Origin: Legionellaceae bacterium
Lineage (GTDB): Bacteria; Pseudomonadota; Gammaproteobacteria; Legionellales; Legionellaceae
Reading direction: 5' to 3'
DNA: 64,000 nucleotides
Assembly: GCA_029212505.1 (NCBI GenBank)
Contig: JARGOS010000007.1
Location: 3,107-67,106, forward strand
Below are positions 30,142-39,544 of the stretch, piece by piece. The position numbers were made by a program, and so were the translations under genes. Under the pieces are notes generated by a model. It saw only the letters and a list, made by a program, of their open reading frames with translations. It had not been told where the DNA came from and made no database searches. Numbering within the stretch: position 1 is the first letter of the stretch; each line of letters opens with the position of its first letter.

Positions 30142-30174
30142 TTTGTTTGGTTTATTTGTTTACTAAGGTGGAAA

Positions 30175-31326
30175 ATGGATTTTCAATTAGACGAAGAGCA
30201 TAATTTATTACGCCATATGGCCGCTGATTTTGCACGTGATCGATTAGCCCCAGATGCAGCCTCTTGGGATGAAATAGGGCATTTTCCTCGTGATGTTTTG
30301 CAAGAAGCAGCGCAGCTCGGTATGGCTGCTATGGTGGCACGTGAGGATATTGGGGGTTCTGGATTATCAAGATTAAGTGCTGCTTTAATTTTTGAGCAAT
30401 TAGCTTCAGCTTGTGTAAGTACCAGTGCTTATTTGTCGATTCATAATATGGTGACGTCGATTATTGACCGTTATGCCGCAGCTGATTTACGTGCGCACTG
30501 GGGGCCTAAACTTGCGCGTATGGATGTTTTTTCGAGTTATTGTCTAACTGAGCCGGAATCAGGTTCGGACGCTGCAGCGCTTAAAACACGTGCCATCAAA
30601 GAGGGTGATGATTATATTCTTAATGGTTCAAAAGCGTTTATTTCTGGTGGAGGCATGAGTGATGTGTATTTGTGTATGGTACGCACGGGCGATGATACGC
30701 ATCATGGGATCAGTTGTATTTTAGTTGAAAAAAACACGCCTGGCCTGAGTTTTGGTCAACAAGAAAAAAAATTAGGGTGGCATAGCCAACCGACATCGAT
30801 GCTATTTTTTGAGAATTGTCGTGTGCCTATACGTCACCGCGTGGGTGATGAAGGCATGGGTTTTAAAATAGCACTTCATGCGTTAAACGGTGGTCGGGTT
30901 AATATAGGGGCCTGTTCTTTGGGTGGTGCATTAGCTTGTCTTCGTTTAAGTCAAAAATACTTACATGAACGTCGCCAATTTGGAAAAGAATTGGCTGATT
31001 TTCAGGCACTTCGCTTTCAGATGGCAGATATGGTTACAGCATTTGAGTCGGCTCGCTTGATGGTGTATCGCGCGGCGACGGCTTTAGATGTTGATGATCC
31101 TAAAGCAGCTTTATATTGTGCTATGGCAAAACAGCAAGCAACGGATGCCGCTTTTTATATTAGTGATCAAGCCATGCAATTACACGGTGGTTACGGTTGC
31201 CTTAAAGATTATCCTCTTGAGCGTTTTTTTAGAGATCTTCGAATACATCAAGTGGTTGAAGGTACGAATCAAATTATGCGTGAAATTATATCAAAATCAG
31301 TGCTGGACGAAGCATATGTGATTTAA
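30175..31326 (+). CDS. Acyl-CoA dehydrogenase (short/branched-chain, isobutyryl-CoA dehydrogenase-like)
   Basis: 383 aa with CLTEPESGSDAAAL, a catalytic-base region near the C-terminus (…VVEGTNQIMREI), and AGGTGG as the RBS. It is followed by crotonase-family genes. Confidence 0.8.
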   Translation: MDFQLDEEHNLLRHMAADFARDRLAPDAASWDEIGHFPRDVLQEAAQLGMAAMVAREDIGGSGLSRLSAALIFEQLASACVSTSAYLSIHNMVTSIIDRYAAADLRAHWGPKLARMDVFSSYCLTEPESGSDAAALKTRAIKEGDDYILNGSKAFISGGGMSDVYLCMVRTGDDTHHGISCILVEKNTPGLSFGQQEKKLGWHSQPTSMLFFENCRVPIRHRVGDEGMGFKIALHALNGGRVNIGACSLGGALACLRLSQKYLHERRQFGKELADFQALRFQMADMVTAFESARLMVYRAATALDVDDPKAALYCAMAKQQATDAAFYISDQAMQLHGGYGCLKDYPLERFFRDLRIHQVVEGTNQIMREIISKSVLDEAYVI

Positions 31327-31350
31327 ATTTGTTATTTATTTGTTATTTAA

Positions 31351-32142
31351 ATGATACATGGGGGCGGTATGGCAGATGTAGATCAAAATTTAGACGCAGG
31401 TATTTTAACGATTACATTGAATCGACCTGAAAAATTAAATGCTTTGAGTAGCGATATTTTGGTAAATTTAGAAACTGTATTTTTAGATGCTAAAAAAAAT
31501 TCAGATGTACGAGGGTTGCTTATAACAGGAACAGGAAAAGCTTTTTGTGCGGGAGCAGATATTCAACGCTTAGCAACATGTGATGCACAAACAGGGTATG
31601 AATTTGCGAAATATGGACAATATGTATTTAGATTGCTTGAAACACTAGGAAAACCATCGTTGGCTGCCATCAATGGTTATGCATTTGGTGGAGGGTGTGA
31701 GCTTGCCATGGCCGCAACCCTGAGGGTTGCGGCCACCGCCGCAAAATTTGGCCAGCCAGAGGTGAAATTAGGGGTTATTCCGGGCTATGGTGGTACACAA
31801 CGTCTTGCGCGTTTAGTGGGTAAAGGTCGTGCGTTAGATTTATGCTTAACAGGACGTTCGATTGATGCTGAAATGGCTGAAAAATGGGGTTTGGTGACGG
31901 AGGTGGTTCAACCCGAAAATTTAATCACGCGCAGTAAAGAAATTTTAAACAGTATTTTAGCCGTAGCGCCGCAAGCAGCCGCCAGCGTGATGAATGTGAT
32001 GGATGCCGGTTATGATATGTCGCTTAGCGACGCCTTTGAGCTTGAGGCACTTTATTTTTCTAAAGTATGTGCAACGCAAGATAAGCATGAAGGGGTTTCA
32101 GCTTTTCTTGAAAAGCGTCCTGCTGTATTTGAAGGGGTGTAA
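31351..32142 (+). CDS. Enoyl-CoA hydratase (crotonase family)
   Basis: 263 aa with FCAGADI and AINGYAFGGGCELAMA motifs. The start may be the ATG at 31369 (MADVDQN). Confidence 0.8.
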   Translation: MIHGGGMADVDQNLDAGILTITLNRPEKLNALSSDILVNLETVFLDAKKNSDVRGLLITGTGKAFCAGADIQRLATCDAQTGYEFAKYGQYVFRLLETLGKPSLAAINGYAFGGGCELAMAATLRVAATAAKFGQPEVKLGVIPGYGGTQRLARLVGKGRALDLCLTGRSIDAEMAEKWGLVTEVVQPENLITRSKEILNSILAVAPQAAASVMNVMDAGYDMSLSDAFELEALYFSKVCATQDKHEGVSAFLEKRPAVFEGV

Positions 32143-32144
32143 GC

Positions 32145-33215
32145 ATGGATGCATTATTATCAGAATCAGAGGTTATATTTTCGGTAGAAGATCATTTAGG
32201 CTTGATTACATTAAATCGCCCGAAAGCACTTAATGCTTTAACGTTAACCATGTTTGAGGCTATAGATAAGCAATTGAGAATTTGGCAACATGATCAAGAT
32301 ATTCATGCGGTTGTGATGCAAGCGCCGCCTGCAAAAATCTTTTGTGCTGGCGGCGATGTGCGCTGGGTGTTTGATGTGGGCCGAGACGATCCTTTGGTTC
32401 CCATGCGTTTATTTAAGCATGAGTATCGATTGAATCATTTGATTTCTGTTTTTGGTAAACCTTATATAGCACTTATGGATGGTTTGACCATAGGCGGTGG
32501 CGTTGGTATTACACTCCATGGTTCGCATGCGGTTGGAAGTGAGCGGTTTGCATTCATGATGCCTGAGGCGAGCATTGGTTTTTTTCCTGATATTGGCGCA
32601 AGTCATTTGTTATCTGCGTGCCCTGGTGGGTTTGGCTTGTATTTAGGTCTGACAGGACGGCGTCTTACATGTTCGGATGCCTATGCGATGGGGTTAGTAA
32701 AATACACCGTGCCGTCTAATAAAATTCCCACTATTTTAGCGCAGTTACGGGCAAGTGACTTATCAACAGATGCGGAGCAACACGTGAGTGCTTGTTTGGA
32801 GGCGCATCAGTGTAAGATGCCAGAAGGCTCGGCTCCGAGCGAAGCTGATTATGTTGCGGATGCGTTTGAAAATAAAGCGAGTTTATCCGAGGTTTTTGAG
32901 GCATTAGAGCAGCAGAATACGACGTGGTCAAAAGAAACAAAAGCGTTGCTTTTAGAACAATCACCGTTGAGTCTTCATGTAACGTTTGAGCAGCTAAAAC
33001 GCGCCAAGGGCTTGAGTTTAGCCGAATGTTTAACCATGGATTATGGTCTTGCGTATCATTTTTTTAAAGACCATGATTTTTACGAAGGTGTTCGGGCACG
33101 CTTAGTTGATAAAGATAAATCACCTCAGTGGTCTCCTGCTGATTGGCAGGCGGTGTCTGCGGAGCACGTGCTTCAATATTTTGAGCCTTCAGATGAACTT
33201 GATTTGTTATGGTAG
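32145..33215 (+). CDS. 3-hydroxyisobutyryl-CoA hydrolase-like (crotonase superfamily)
   Basis: 356 aa with FCAGGDV, ALMDGLTIGGGVGI and MPEASIGFFPDIGASH, plus a C-terminal extension typical of HIBCH. Confidence 0.75.
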   Translation: MDALLSESEVIFSVEDHLGLITLNRPKALNALTLTMFEAIDKQLRIWQHDQDIHAVVMQAPPAKIFCAGGDVRWVFDVGRDDPLVPMRLFKHEYRLNHLISVFGKPYIALMDGLTIGGGVGITLHGSHAVGSERFAFMMPEASIGFFPDIGASHLLSACPGGFGLYLGLTGRRLTCSDAYAMGLVKYTVPSNKIPTILAQLRASDLSTDAEQHVSACLEAHQCKMPEGSAPSEADYVADAFENKASLSEVFEALEQQNTTWSKETKALLLEQSPLSLHVTFEQLKRAKGLSLAECLTMDYGLAYHFFKDHDFYEGVRARLVDKDKSPQWSPADWQAVSAEHVLQYFEPSDELDLLW

Positions 33216-33292
33216 AAGAAGTCACTAGAAAAGTGTTAGAGTTATAACAAGTTTAAACGGAAGATGTAAATAAAAAAAATGGAGAAAGGTGT

Positions 33293-34258
33293 ATGTTAAA
33301 TTTAAAAAAAACAGCAGTTGCTGTACTTGCCCTTAGCAGTAGTGCTGTATTTGCTGGATCTATGGGGCCTGTTTGCAGTGCTGTAAACGTGACAGTACCG
33401 TGTGAAAGTACCGCTTGGGACATCGGTGCTAAAGCTTTGTATTTGCAACCAGCGTTTTCTGATGGCTACTATAGTTATCCAGTCGTTAACAGTGCCACAG
33501 GTGCATACCAAAACTTCAATCAAACATGGGCTTGGGGCTTCTTTATTGAAGGTTCTTATCACTTCAATACCGGTAACGATGCTAATTTGAATTGGTATCA
33601 TATTAACAAAACATCAAGCCGAAACATCACGAGTGACTTGAGTTTTATACCTGATTTATCTGTTACTGGGGCATCAAGTATTTCTCTTGCTCCTAAATGG
33701 GATGCTGTGAACCTAGAATTTGGTCAGCATGTTGATCTTGGTGAGAATAAGAACATTCGTTTCCACGGTGGTTTCCAATACGCACGTATTGCAAACACAG
33801 AGAAGCGTTTAAGAAGTGCTACAATTCAAGATCAAGAGGTGGTCTTTGCTGTTCAAACCAAACCAACTTACAATGGTTTTGGAGCTCGCGTAGGTGCAGA
33901 TATGGGCTATGAATGGGGTAATGGTTTAGGTGTTTATGCGAATGGAGCAGCAGCACTCTTAGCTGGAACCAGCAAAATTAGTAGATCCGTTGTGATAAAT
34001 GGGGCTACTGTAAATACACCTAATGCATCTAAAGCAACCATCGTTCCAGAGCTTGAAGCAAAGCTGGGTGTTAAATACGGTTATGCTATGGCCCAAGGTG
34101 ACTTGACACTTGATGTTGGCTGGATGTGGATAAACTACTTCAATCCAACACAAGCGATTGCAAGCACTCCTACCAACCGGAGGCCACAAGTTGTTAGCGG
34201 AGACTTCGGTCTTCAAGGCTTGTACTTTGGTTTGAACTGGTTAGGAAACGTTGCTTAA
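33293..34258 (+). CDS. Legionella-type major outer membrane protein, paralog 3 (mosaic copy of paralog 1)
   Basis: 321 aa. The first ~100 aa and last ~60 aa are nearly identical to paralog 1, and the internal blocks are divergent. The leader, RBS and 3' UTR match those of paralog 1. Confidence 0.85.
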   Translation: MLNLKKTAVAVLALSSSAVFAGSMGPVCSAVNVTVPCESTAWDIGAKALYLQPAFSDGYYSYPVVNSATGAYQNFNQTWAWGFFIEGSYHFNTGNDANLNWYHINKTSSRNITSDLSFIPDLSVTGASSISLAPKWDAVNLEFGQHVDLGENKNIRFHGGFQYARIANTEKRLRSATIQDQEVVFAVQTKPTYNGFGARVGADMGYEWGNGLGVYANGAAALLAGTSKISRSVVINGATVNTPNASKATIVPELEAKLGVKYGYAMAQGDLTLDVGWMWINYFNPTQAIASTPTNRRPQVVSGDFGLQGLYFGLNWLGNVA

Positions 34259-34284
34259 TTGCACGGAGCTTAGCTAATAAAAAA

Positions 34285-34309
34285 GCCGTCGGAAACGACG
34301 GTTTTTTTT
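34285..34309 (+). terminator. Rho-independent terminator after MOMP paralog 3
   Basis: GCCGTCG-GAAA-CGACGG followed by T8. It is almost identical to the terminator at 29105-29131. Confidence 0.85.
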
Positions 34310-34387
34310 ATGAAGTTATTTTAACTTTATGGTAGGATAGGTTCGTTTTGTTTTCTTGTTTTCTTGTTTTATCGTAGGAGTAGCTCG

Positions 34388-34954
34388 ATGTCTGTTATGT
34401 CAGATAGATGGATAAAAAAAATGTCGCTTGAACATGGCATGATTGAGCCATTTGAGCAGGGTCAAGTACGTGAAAACGATCAGGGTCGTATTGTATCGTA
34501 TGGTGTATCAAGCTACGGTTATGATGTGCGATGTGCCCCTGAATTTAAAGTATTTACGAATATTAATTCGGTGATTGTTGATCCCAAAGCATTTGATGAA
34601 AATAGTTTTGTTGATGTCAATTCAGACGTGTGTATTATTCCTCCTAATTCGTTTGCATTAGCACGAACGGTTGAATATTTTCGGATCCCTCGGGATGTGC
34701 TGACGGTTTGTTTGGGTAAATCAACGTATGCACGCTGTGGGATTATTGTGAACGTTACGCCGCTTGAGCCTGAGTGGGAAGGTCATGTGACGTTGGAGTT
34801 TTCAAACACGACCACCTTGCCTGCCAAAATTTATGCCAACGAAGGTGTGGCCCAAATGATTTTTTTAGGCGCTAATGAGCCTTGCGAGGTGTCTTATCGA
34901 GATCGCGCAGGAAAATATCAAAATCAAACCGGTGTCACTTTGCCCCGAACTTGA
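34388..34954 (+). CDS. dcd: dCTP deaminase
   Basis: [23 protein letters not shown]… with …SSYGYDVRC… and …LEFSNTT… The start is set at the ATG at 34388, which lies 7 nt after AGGAG. Confidence 0.9.
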   Translation: MSVMSDRWIKKMSLEHGMIEPFEQGQVRENDQGRIVSYGVSSYGYDVRCAPEFKVFTNINSVIVDPKAFDENSFVDVNSDVCIIPPNSFALARTVEYFRIPRDVLTVCLGKSTYARCGIIVNVTPLEPEWEGHVTLEFSNTTTLPAKIYANEGVAQMIFLGANEPCEVSYRDRAGKYQNQTGVTLPRT

Positions 34955-34955
34955 T

Positions 34956-35273
34956 TTAGTCTGACTCGTCATGCTGGAGTGGATGGGTATGACGAGATGC
35001 CTCCACACGTACCCTTAATTCTTTGCCGGGCTTGAAGTGCGGCGTGTTTTTTTCTTCAGTGATAACTTTTTCGCCTGTTTTGGGATTATGCGCATGACGC
35101 GGCGGCCTATGTCGTAACGAAAAACTTCCAAATCCCCTAATTTCAATCCGTTCACCTTGCGTCAGTGCGTGACCCATGGTGTCGATAATTAAATTTACGC
35201 CTTCCATGATGCGTTTTTCTGGTAAATGCGTCATGTCAGCGGCAAGGTTTGCTATAAGCTCCGATTTAATCAT
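34956..35273 (-). CDS. ihfB: Integration host factor subunit beta
   Basis: [11 protein letters not shown]…[31 protein letters not shown]…[10 protein letters not shown] is the HU/IHF fold with beta-subunit features. Confidence 0.9.
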   Translation of the reverse strand: MIKSELIANLAADMTHLPEKRIMEGVNLIIDTMGHALTQGERIEIRGFGSFSLRHRPPRHAHNPKTGEKVITEEKNTPHFKPGKELRVRVEASRHTHPLQHDESD

Positions 35274-35459
35274 GATTGCCTCAACCGTTCCATTCGTATT
35301 TTTAAATTTTTTTAAATTTTTTCATCTTCATCTTACGATATAAGTATAGACATGAAAAGAAATGATTCAATTAAAATAAAATCAATCCTGTAAAAATCTT
35401 GCTTTCTTCATAAAACTTACCTATTTATATAAATAACAGGATTAAAAATAATTGAACCA

Positions 35460-36155
35460 ATGGAGAGGGTCATGTACATAAAACAAGCTTTTGTTGCGAT
35501 GTTATTAGGCCTGCCTATGCTAGCTCATGCGGCACATATGGACGATGTACGGGGTGCTCGATATTGCGAAGTGGTTGTTTCAGAGGGACGTTTAACGCTT
35601 GCGGTATACAACACTATGGGCTTGAATCAATGCCCCGAGACGCAGTGGAAAAAAATAACCCCTAAAATTCTTAAAAAAAATATGAAAACGCGTATTGCGA
35701 TTCTTAATGGCCCGCGGTATTGGACGACTGATGCAATCGACAGTACACCACTGGCAAAAACAGCCAAGAAAAGTATCAAAGGCTTGTCGATGAAAAAAGT
35801 GGCTTTGGTTCACATTAAGCTCAAAGATATTGTCAAAGGCCACAAACCCTATAACCAACATCACGTGGACAGAAATGTTGTATGGACGTATAAGGCCGGA
35901 AAGCCTGTGTATGAACTGATTGATCCAGCTGGGCGCGTGTATGTCATGCAGTCGTACAGTCTAGATAAAGCCGCTCAAACGCCACGCAGCTTAGCTCAGT
36001 TAGGAAAAAAGCTTAAGCTACCCGCGGGTTGGCATTATCGAACCGGTGTTTTACGCCAAGAAACAAAATTACCTAGCATGAATAAACAAGCGATTATTAT
36101 TCAAGATGATTTTTTAAATACGTACCAACTTGCCGCCCATGATTTTCTGAAGTGA
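35460..36155 (+). CDS. Exported hypothetical protein
   Basis: 231 aa with a signal peptide (…LLGLPMLAHAA), Lys-rich. No family was recognised. The start may be the ATG at 35472. Confidence 0.5.
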   Translation: MERVMYIKQAFVAMLLGLPMLAHAAHMDDVRGARYCEVVVSEGRLTLAVYNTMGLNQCPETQWKKITPKILKKNMKTRIAILNGPRYWTTDAIDSTPLAKTAKKSIKGLSMKKVALVHIKLKDIVKGHKPYNQHHVDRNVVWTYKAGKPVYELIDPAGRVYVMQSYSLDKAAQTPRSLAQLGKKLKLPAGWHYRTGVLRQETKLPSMNKQAIIIQDDFLNTYQLAAHDFLK

Positions 36156-36211
36156 TGTTAAAACCGTGCTATGCTTCGCAAAGCATTTTTTATAGAAGAT
36201 GAGGCACGGTT

Positions 36212-37240
36212 TTGATAAAACAAATCACCATCACACGTCCGGATGATTGGCATGTTCATTTTCGAGATGGTGCGATGCTTGAGCATACGGTACCAGCAAC
36301 TGCACGTCATATAGGACGTGCCTTGGTGATGCCTAATTTAACCCCTCCATTAACGACGTTAGATAGCGTACTTGCTTACCGTGAACGTATTTTATTGGTA
36401 TCCAAAGCATACCCACACTTTACGCCCTACATGACGTTATATTTAAACGACGATGTTGATCCTGAAGCATTTACATCCGTTCAAAAGCATAAATTTATTT
36501 TAGGCGCTAAATTATACCCAGCCGGTGTGACAACCAATGCAGAGGCCGGAGCGCGCTCCATCCAAGCATTGTATCCAGCGCTTGAAGCCATGCAGGCTGC
36601 TGATGTGGTGTTACAGATTCATGGCGAAGTTTTAGAAGGCGATATTTTTGAGCGCGAAGCTTTGTTTATTGAGCGCGAGCTTAAGCCTCTCATACGGAAT
36701 TTTCCTAAATTACGTGTGGTGCTTGAGCATATCTCAACACAAGCGGCCGTTGATTTTGTACGTGACGGACCCAGCACACTTGCTGCGACGATTACGCCTC
36801 ATCATGTGTTATACAACCGTAATCAATTACTTGCTGGTGGACTTCGTCCGCATTATTATTGTTTGCCTATTTTAAAACACCAAAATGATCAGGCAGCATT
36901 GCAGGGTGCGGCCATCAGCGGAAACCCTAAATTTTTTGCGGGTACCGATAGCGCACCGCATGGGATTCATCAAAAAGAATGCAGCGAAGGGTGTGCTGGG
37001 GTTTTTTCAGCCCCGTTTGCTTTGTCGATGTATGCCGAAATGTTTGATGCGATGAGTGCATTAGATAAGTTAGATGCGTTTTTAGGACGTTTTGGCGCTG
37101 AATTTTATCAGCTTAAACCGTCATCTGATAAAATTCAGCTGATACGTCAGCCGTTCGATGTGCCTCGTCAATTAGATTTGGGCGAGACACACGTTGTGCC
37201 TGTGAATGCCGGCGGCCGTTTTGCCTGGAGTGTTCAATGA
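36212..37240 (+). CDS. pyrC: Dihydroorotase (homodimeric type)
   Basis: ITITRPDDWHVHFRDG (E. coli: IRRPDDWHLHLRDG), then …KLYPAG…, HGE and …GTDSAPH. Confidence 0.9.
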   Translation: MIKQITITRPDDWHVHFRDGAMLEHTVPATARHIGRALVMPNLTPPLTTLDSVLAYRERILLVSKAYPHFTPYMTLYLNDDVDPEAFTSVQKHKFILGAKLYPAGVTTNAEAGARSIQALYPALEAMQAADVVLQIHGEVLEGDIFEREALFIERELKPLIRNFPKLRVVLEHISTQAAVDFVRDGPSTLAATITPHHVLYNRNQLLAGGLRPHYYCLPILKHQNDQAALQGAAISGNPKFFAGTDSAPHGIHQKECSEGCAGVFSAPFALSMYAEMFDAMSALDKLDAFLGRFGAEFYQLKPSSDKIQLIRQPFDVPRQLDLGETHVVPVNAGGRFAWSVQ

Positions 37241-37827
37241 TAAAAAAACGTTTTCGTGGTTTTTTGCCCGTCGTCGTGGATGTTGAGACGGCCGGCGTCG
37301 ATGCTTCCAAGCATGCCGTACTTGAGATATGCGTGGTCTTACTTAAGTATACACAGGATAAAAAACTCGAGGTAGGCGCTTCAAGCTTTGAGCATGTATT
37401 GCCGTTTGAAGGCGCGTTACTTGATCCGGAGTCGCTGGCATTTAACGGGATTGATCCGTTTCAACCTCTTCGAGGAGCCGTGGATGAAAAACAGGCGCTC
37501 ACACGTTTATTTGCACCTATCTGGGAGGCTATTAAGGCAACGCAATGCACACGGGCTGTTTTGGTTGGTCATAATGCGTGGTTTGATTTGGCGTTTATTA
37601 ATGCAGCCGCTGAGCGGGCGGGCGTTAAGTCACCGTTTCATCGTTTTACAAGCTTTGATACGGCAACGCTTTCAGGTGTACATTATGGACAGACGGTTTT
37701 AGCGAAAGCAATGAAGGCGGCGAACATTGCTTTTGATGCAAATGAAGCGCATTCAGCGATTTATGATGCAGAAAAAACGGCCGCCTTGTTTTGTGAGATC
37801 ATCAACACATGGCAGCCGTTTAAATAA
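37237..37827 (+). CDS. rnt: Ribonuclease T
   Basis: DEDDh exonuclease motifs: FLPVVVDVETAG, VGHNAWFDLAFI and HSAIYDAEKTAALFCEI. It aligns closely with E. coli RNase T. Confidence 0.9.
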   Translation: MIKKRFRGFLPVVVDVETAGVDASKHAVLEICVVLLKYTQDKKLEVGASSFEHVLPFEGALLDPESLAFNGIDPFQPLRGAVDEKQALTRLFAPIWEAIKATQCTRAVLVGHNAWFDLAFINAAAERAGVKSPFHRFTSFDTATLSGVHYGQTVLAKAMKAANIAFDANEAHSAIYDAEKTAALFCEIINTWQPFK

Positions 37828-37840
37828 TATTTAAACCAAC

Positions 37841-38446
37841 TTAGAGGGAACTGCTGTGCTCAGCTAAATACTCTGCAACTCCTTTGGGTGAGGCATTCAT
37901 ACCGCTGTCGCCTTTTTTCCAGCCTGCAGGGCATACTTCACCGTGTTGCTCTGTAAATTGAACAGCATCAATCAGACGAAGCAATTCATCAACATTACGG
38001 CCAATCGGTAGGTCATTGACAAGTTGAGCGCGCACGACACCGTGGTTATCGATAATAAACACACCTCGTAAAGCCACACCGGCTTCAGGGTGTTCAACGC
38101 CATAAGCCTGGCAAATACGATGGTTCATGTCAGCAACCATGGCGAATTTAACTTCACCAATGCCGCCATCGTTGACCGATGTTTTACGGTAGGCATTGTG
38201 GGTAAAATGCGAATCAATAGAAACCGTCACTACTTCGGTATTACGTGCGCTGAATTCTTCTAATCGATGATTCAGTGCAATCAGTTCAGAGGGGCAAACA
38301 AACGTAAAGTCGAGCGGGTAGAAAAATACCACACCGTACTTACCGTTTAAATGCTCTTTTAAGTTAAAGTTATCAACAATTTCACCGTTTCCAAGTACCG
38401 CCGGCGCTGTAAAATCAGGCGCTTGTTTTGTGACTAAAACACTCAT
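37841..38446 (-). CDS. ahpC: Typical 2-Cys peroxiredoxin (AhpC/TSA family)
   Basis: FFYPLDFTFVCPSE holds the peroxidatic Cys and EVCPAGW holds the resolving Cys. Confidence 0.9.
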   Translation of the reverse strand: MSVLVTKQAPDFTAPAVLGNGEIVDNFNLKEHLNGKYGVVFFYPLDFTFVCPSELIALNHRLEEFSARNTEVVTVSIDSHFTHNAYRKTSVNDGGIGEVKFAMVADMNHRICQAYGVEHPEAGVALRGVFIIDNHGVVRAQLVNDLPIGRNVDELLRLIDAVQFTEQHGEVCPAGWKKGDSGMNASPKGVAEYLAEHSSSL

Positions 38447-38473
38447 GTTATTCTCCGTGGGGATTAATAAAAC

Positions 38474-38800
38474 TTAAGAAGCTGCGGCTTCTTTCAATAA
38501 AGGTCCAAGTTCGCCTTGCTCGTGCATATCAACAATAATATCACAGCCGCCGATCAATTCGCCGTTGATGTATAGCTGAGGAAACGTCGGCCAGTTTGCG
38601 TAGTGTGGCAATGTTTGTCGTATGTCTGGATTAGCCAGCACATCAACCGAGGCAAATTTAACATCATGCGCTTGCAAGCATTGCACGGCTTGTGATGAAA
38701 AACCACATTGTGGAAATTGAGGACTGCCTTTCATATAAAGCAAAATCGCATGATCGGCAATTTGTTGTTTAATTTTATCTAAAGTATCTGTTGTATCCAT
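38474..38800 (-). CDS. grxD: Monothiol glutaredoxin Grx4 family
   Basis: LYMKGSPQFPQCGFS (CGFS active site) and …WPTFPQLYINGELIGGCDI. The start is set at the ATG at 38800 (MDTTDT); the track ORF's 38-aa extension is not Grx-like. Confidence 0.9.
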   Translation of the reverse strand: MDTTDTLDKIKQQIADHAILLYMKGSPQFPQCGFSSQAVQCLQAHDVKFASVDVLANPDIRQTLPHYANWPTFPQLYINGELIGGCDIIVDMHEQGELGPLLKEAAAS

Positions 38801-38955
38801 GATAACACCCGTTAATTTTTTTGATTTGAATGCGTAATTATCGATTAGCGTGACTTCTTTGGCAACCTTAAATTTTAAGCCTATCGTTTGAAAGCGAAGC
38901 TGACCCTGATACACTAACCGTTCTTTTTGGGCAGTTGTTTTTTGGAGAAATCAAG

Positions 38956-39534
38956 ATGACGTTTACTTTACCTGCTTTACCGTACGCAATGGATGCTTTA
39001 GCACCTCATATTTCAAAAGAAACGTTAGAATATCATTACGGTAAACATCATCAAACGTATGTTACAAATTTAAATAAGCTTGTGGAAGGCACAGATGCCG
39101 CAACCTCATCGCTTGAGGAATTAGTTACAACCGCGTCAGGCGGGATTTTTAATAATGCCGCACAAGTGTGGAATCACAGTTTTTATTGGGAATGCTTGAG
39201 CCCTAACGGGGGTGGCGAGCCTACGGGCAATTTATTGGATGCGATCATCAAAGCATTTGGTTCGTTTACGGCCTTCAAAGAGCAGTTTACACAAGCGGCT
39301 ATCACAACGTTTGGTTCTGGATGGGCATGGCTTGTACAAGATGCCGACGGTCAACTTAAAATTACCAGTACAAGTAATGCAGCTAATCCGATGACATCTG
39401 GACTTAAGCCGCTTTTAACTTGTGATGTATGGGAGCATGCCTATTACATTGATTACCGTAACCGCCGCCCTGATTATTTAAATGCATTTTGGGCGTTGGT
39501 GAATTGGGATTTTGTTGCTTCAAATTTAGGTTAG
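38956..39534 (+). CDS. sodB: Fe/Mn superoxide dismutase (Fe type likely)
   Basis: [32 protein letters not shown]… and …[18 protein letters not shown]. The start is set at the ATG at 38956. Confidence 0.92.
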   Translation: MTFTLPALPYAMDALAPHISKETLEYHYGKHHQTYVTNLNKLVEGTDAATSSLEELVTTASGGIFNNAAQVWNHSFYWECLSPNGGGEPTGNLLDAIIKAFGSFTAFKEQFTQAAITTFGSGWAWLVQDADGQLKITSTSNAANPMTSGLKPLLTCDVWEHAYYIDYRNRRPDYLNAFWALVNWDFVASNLG

Positions 39535-39544
39535 GAGAATAAGC

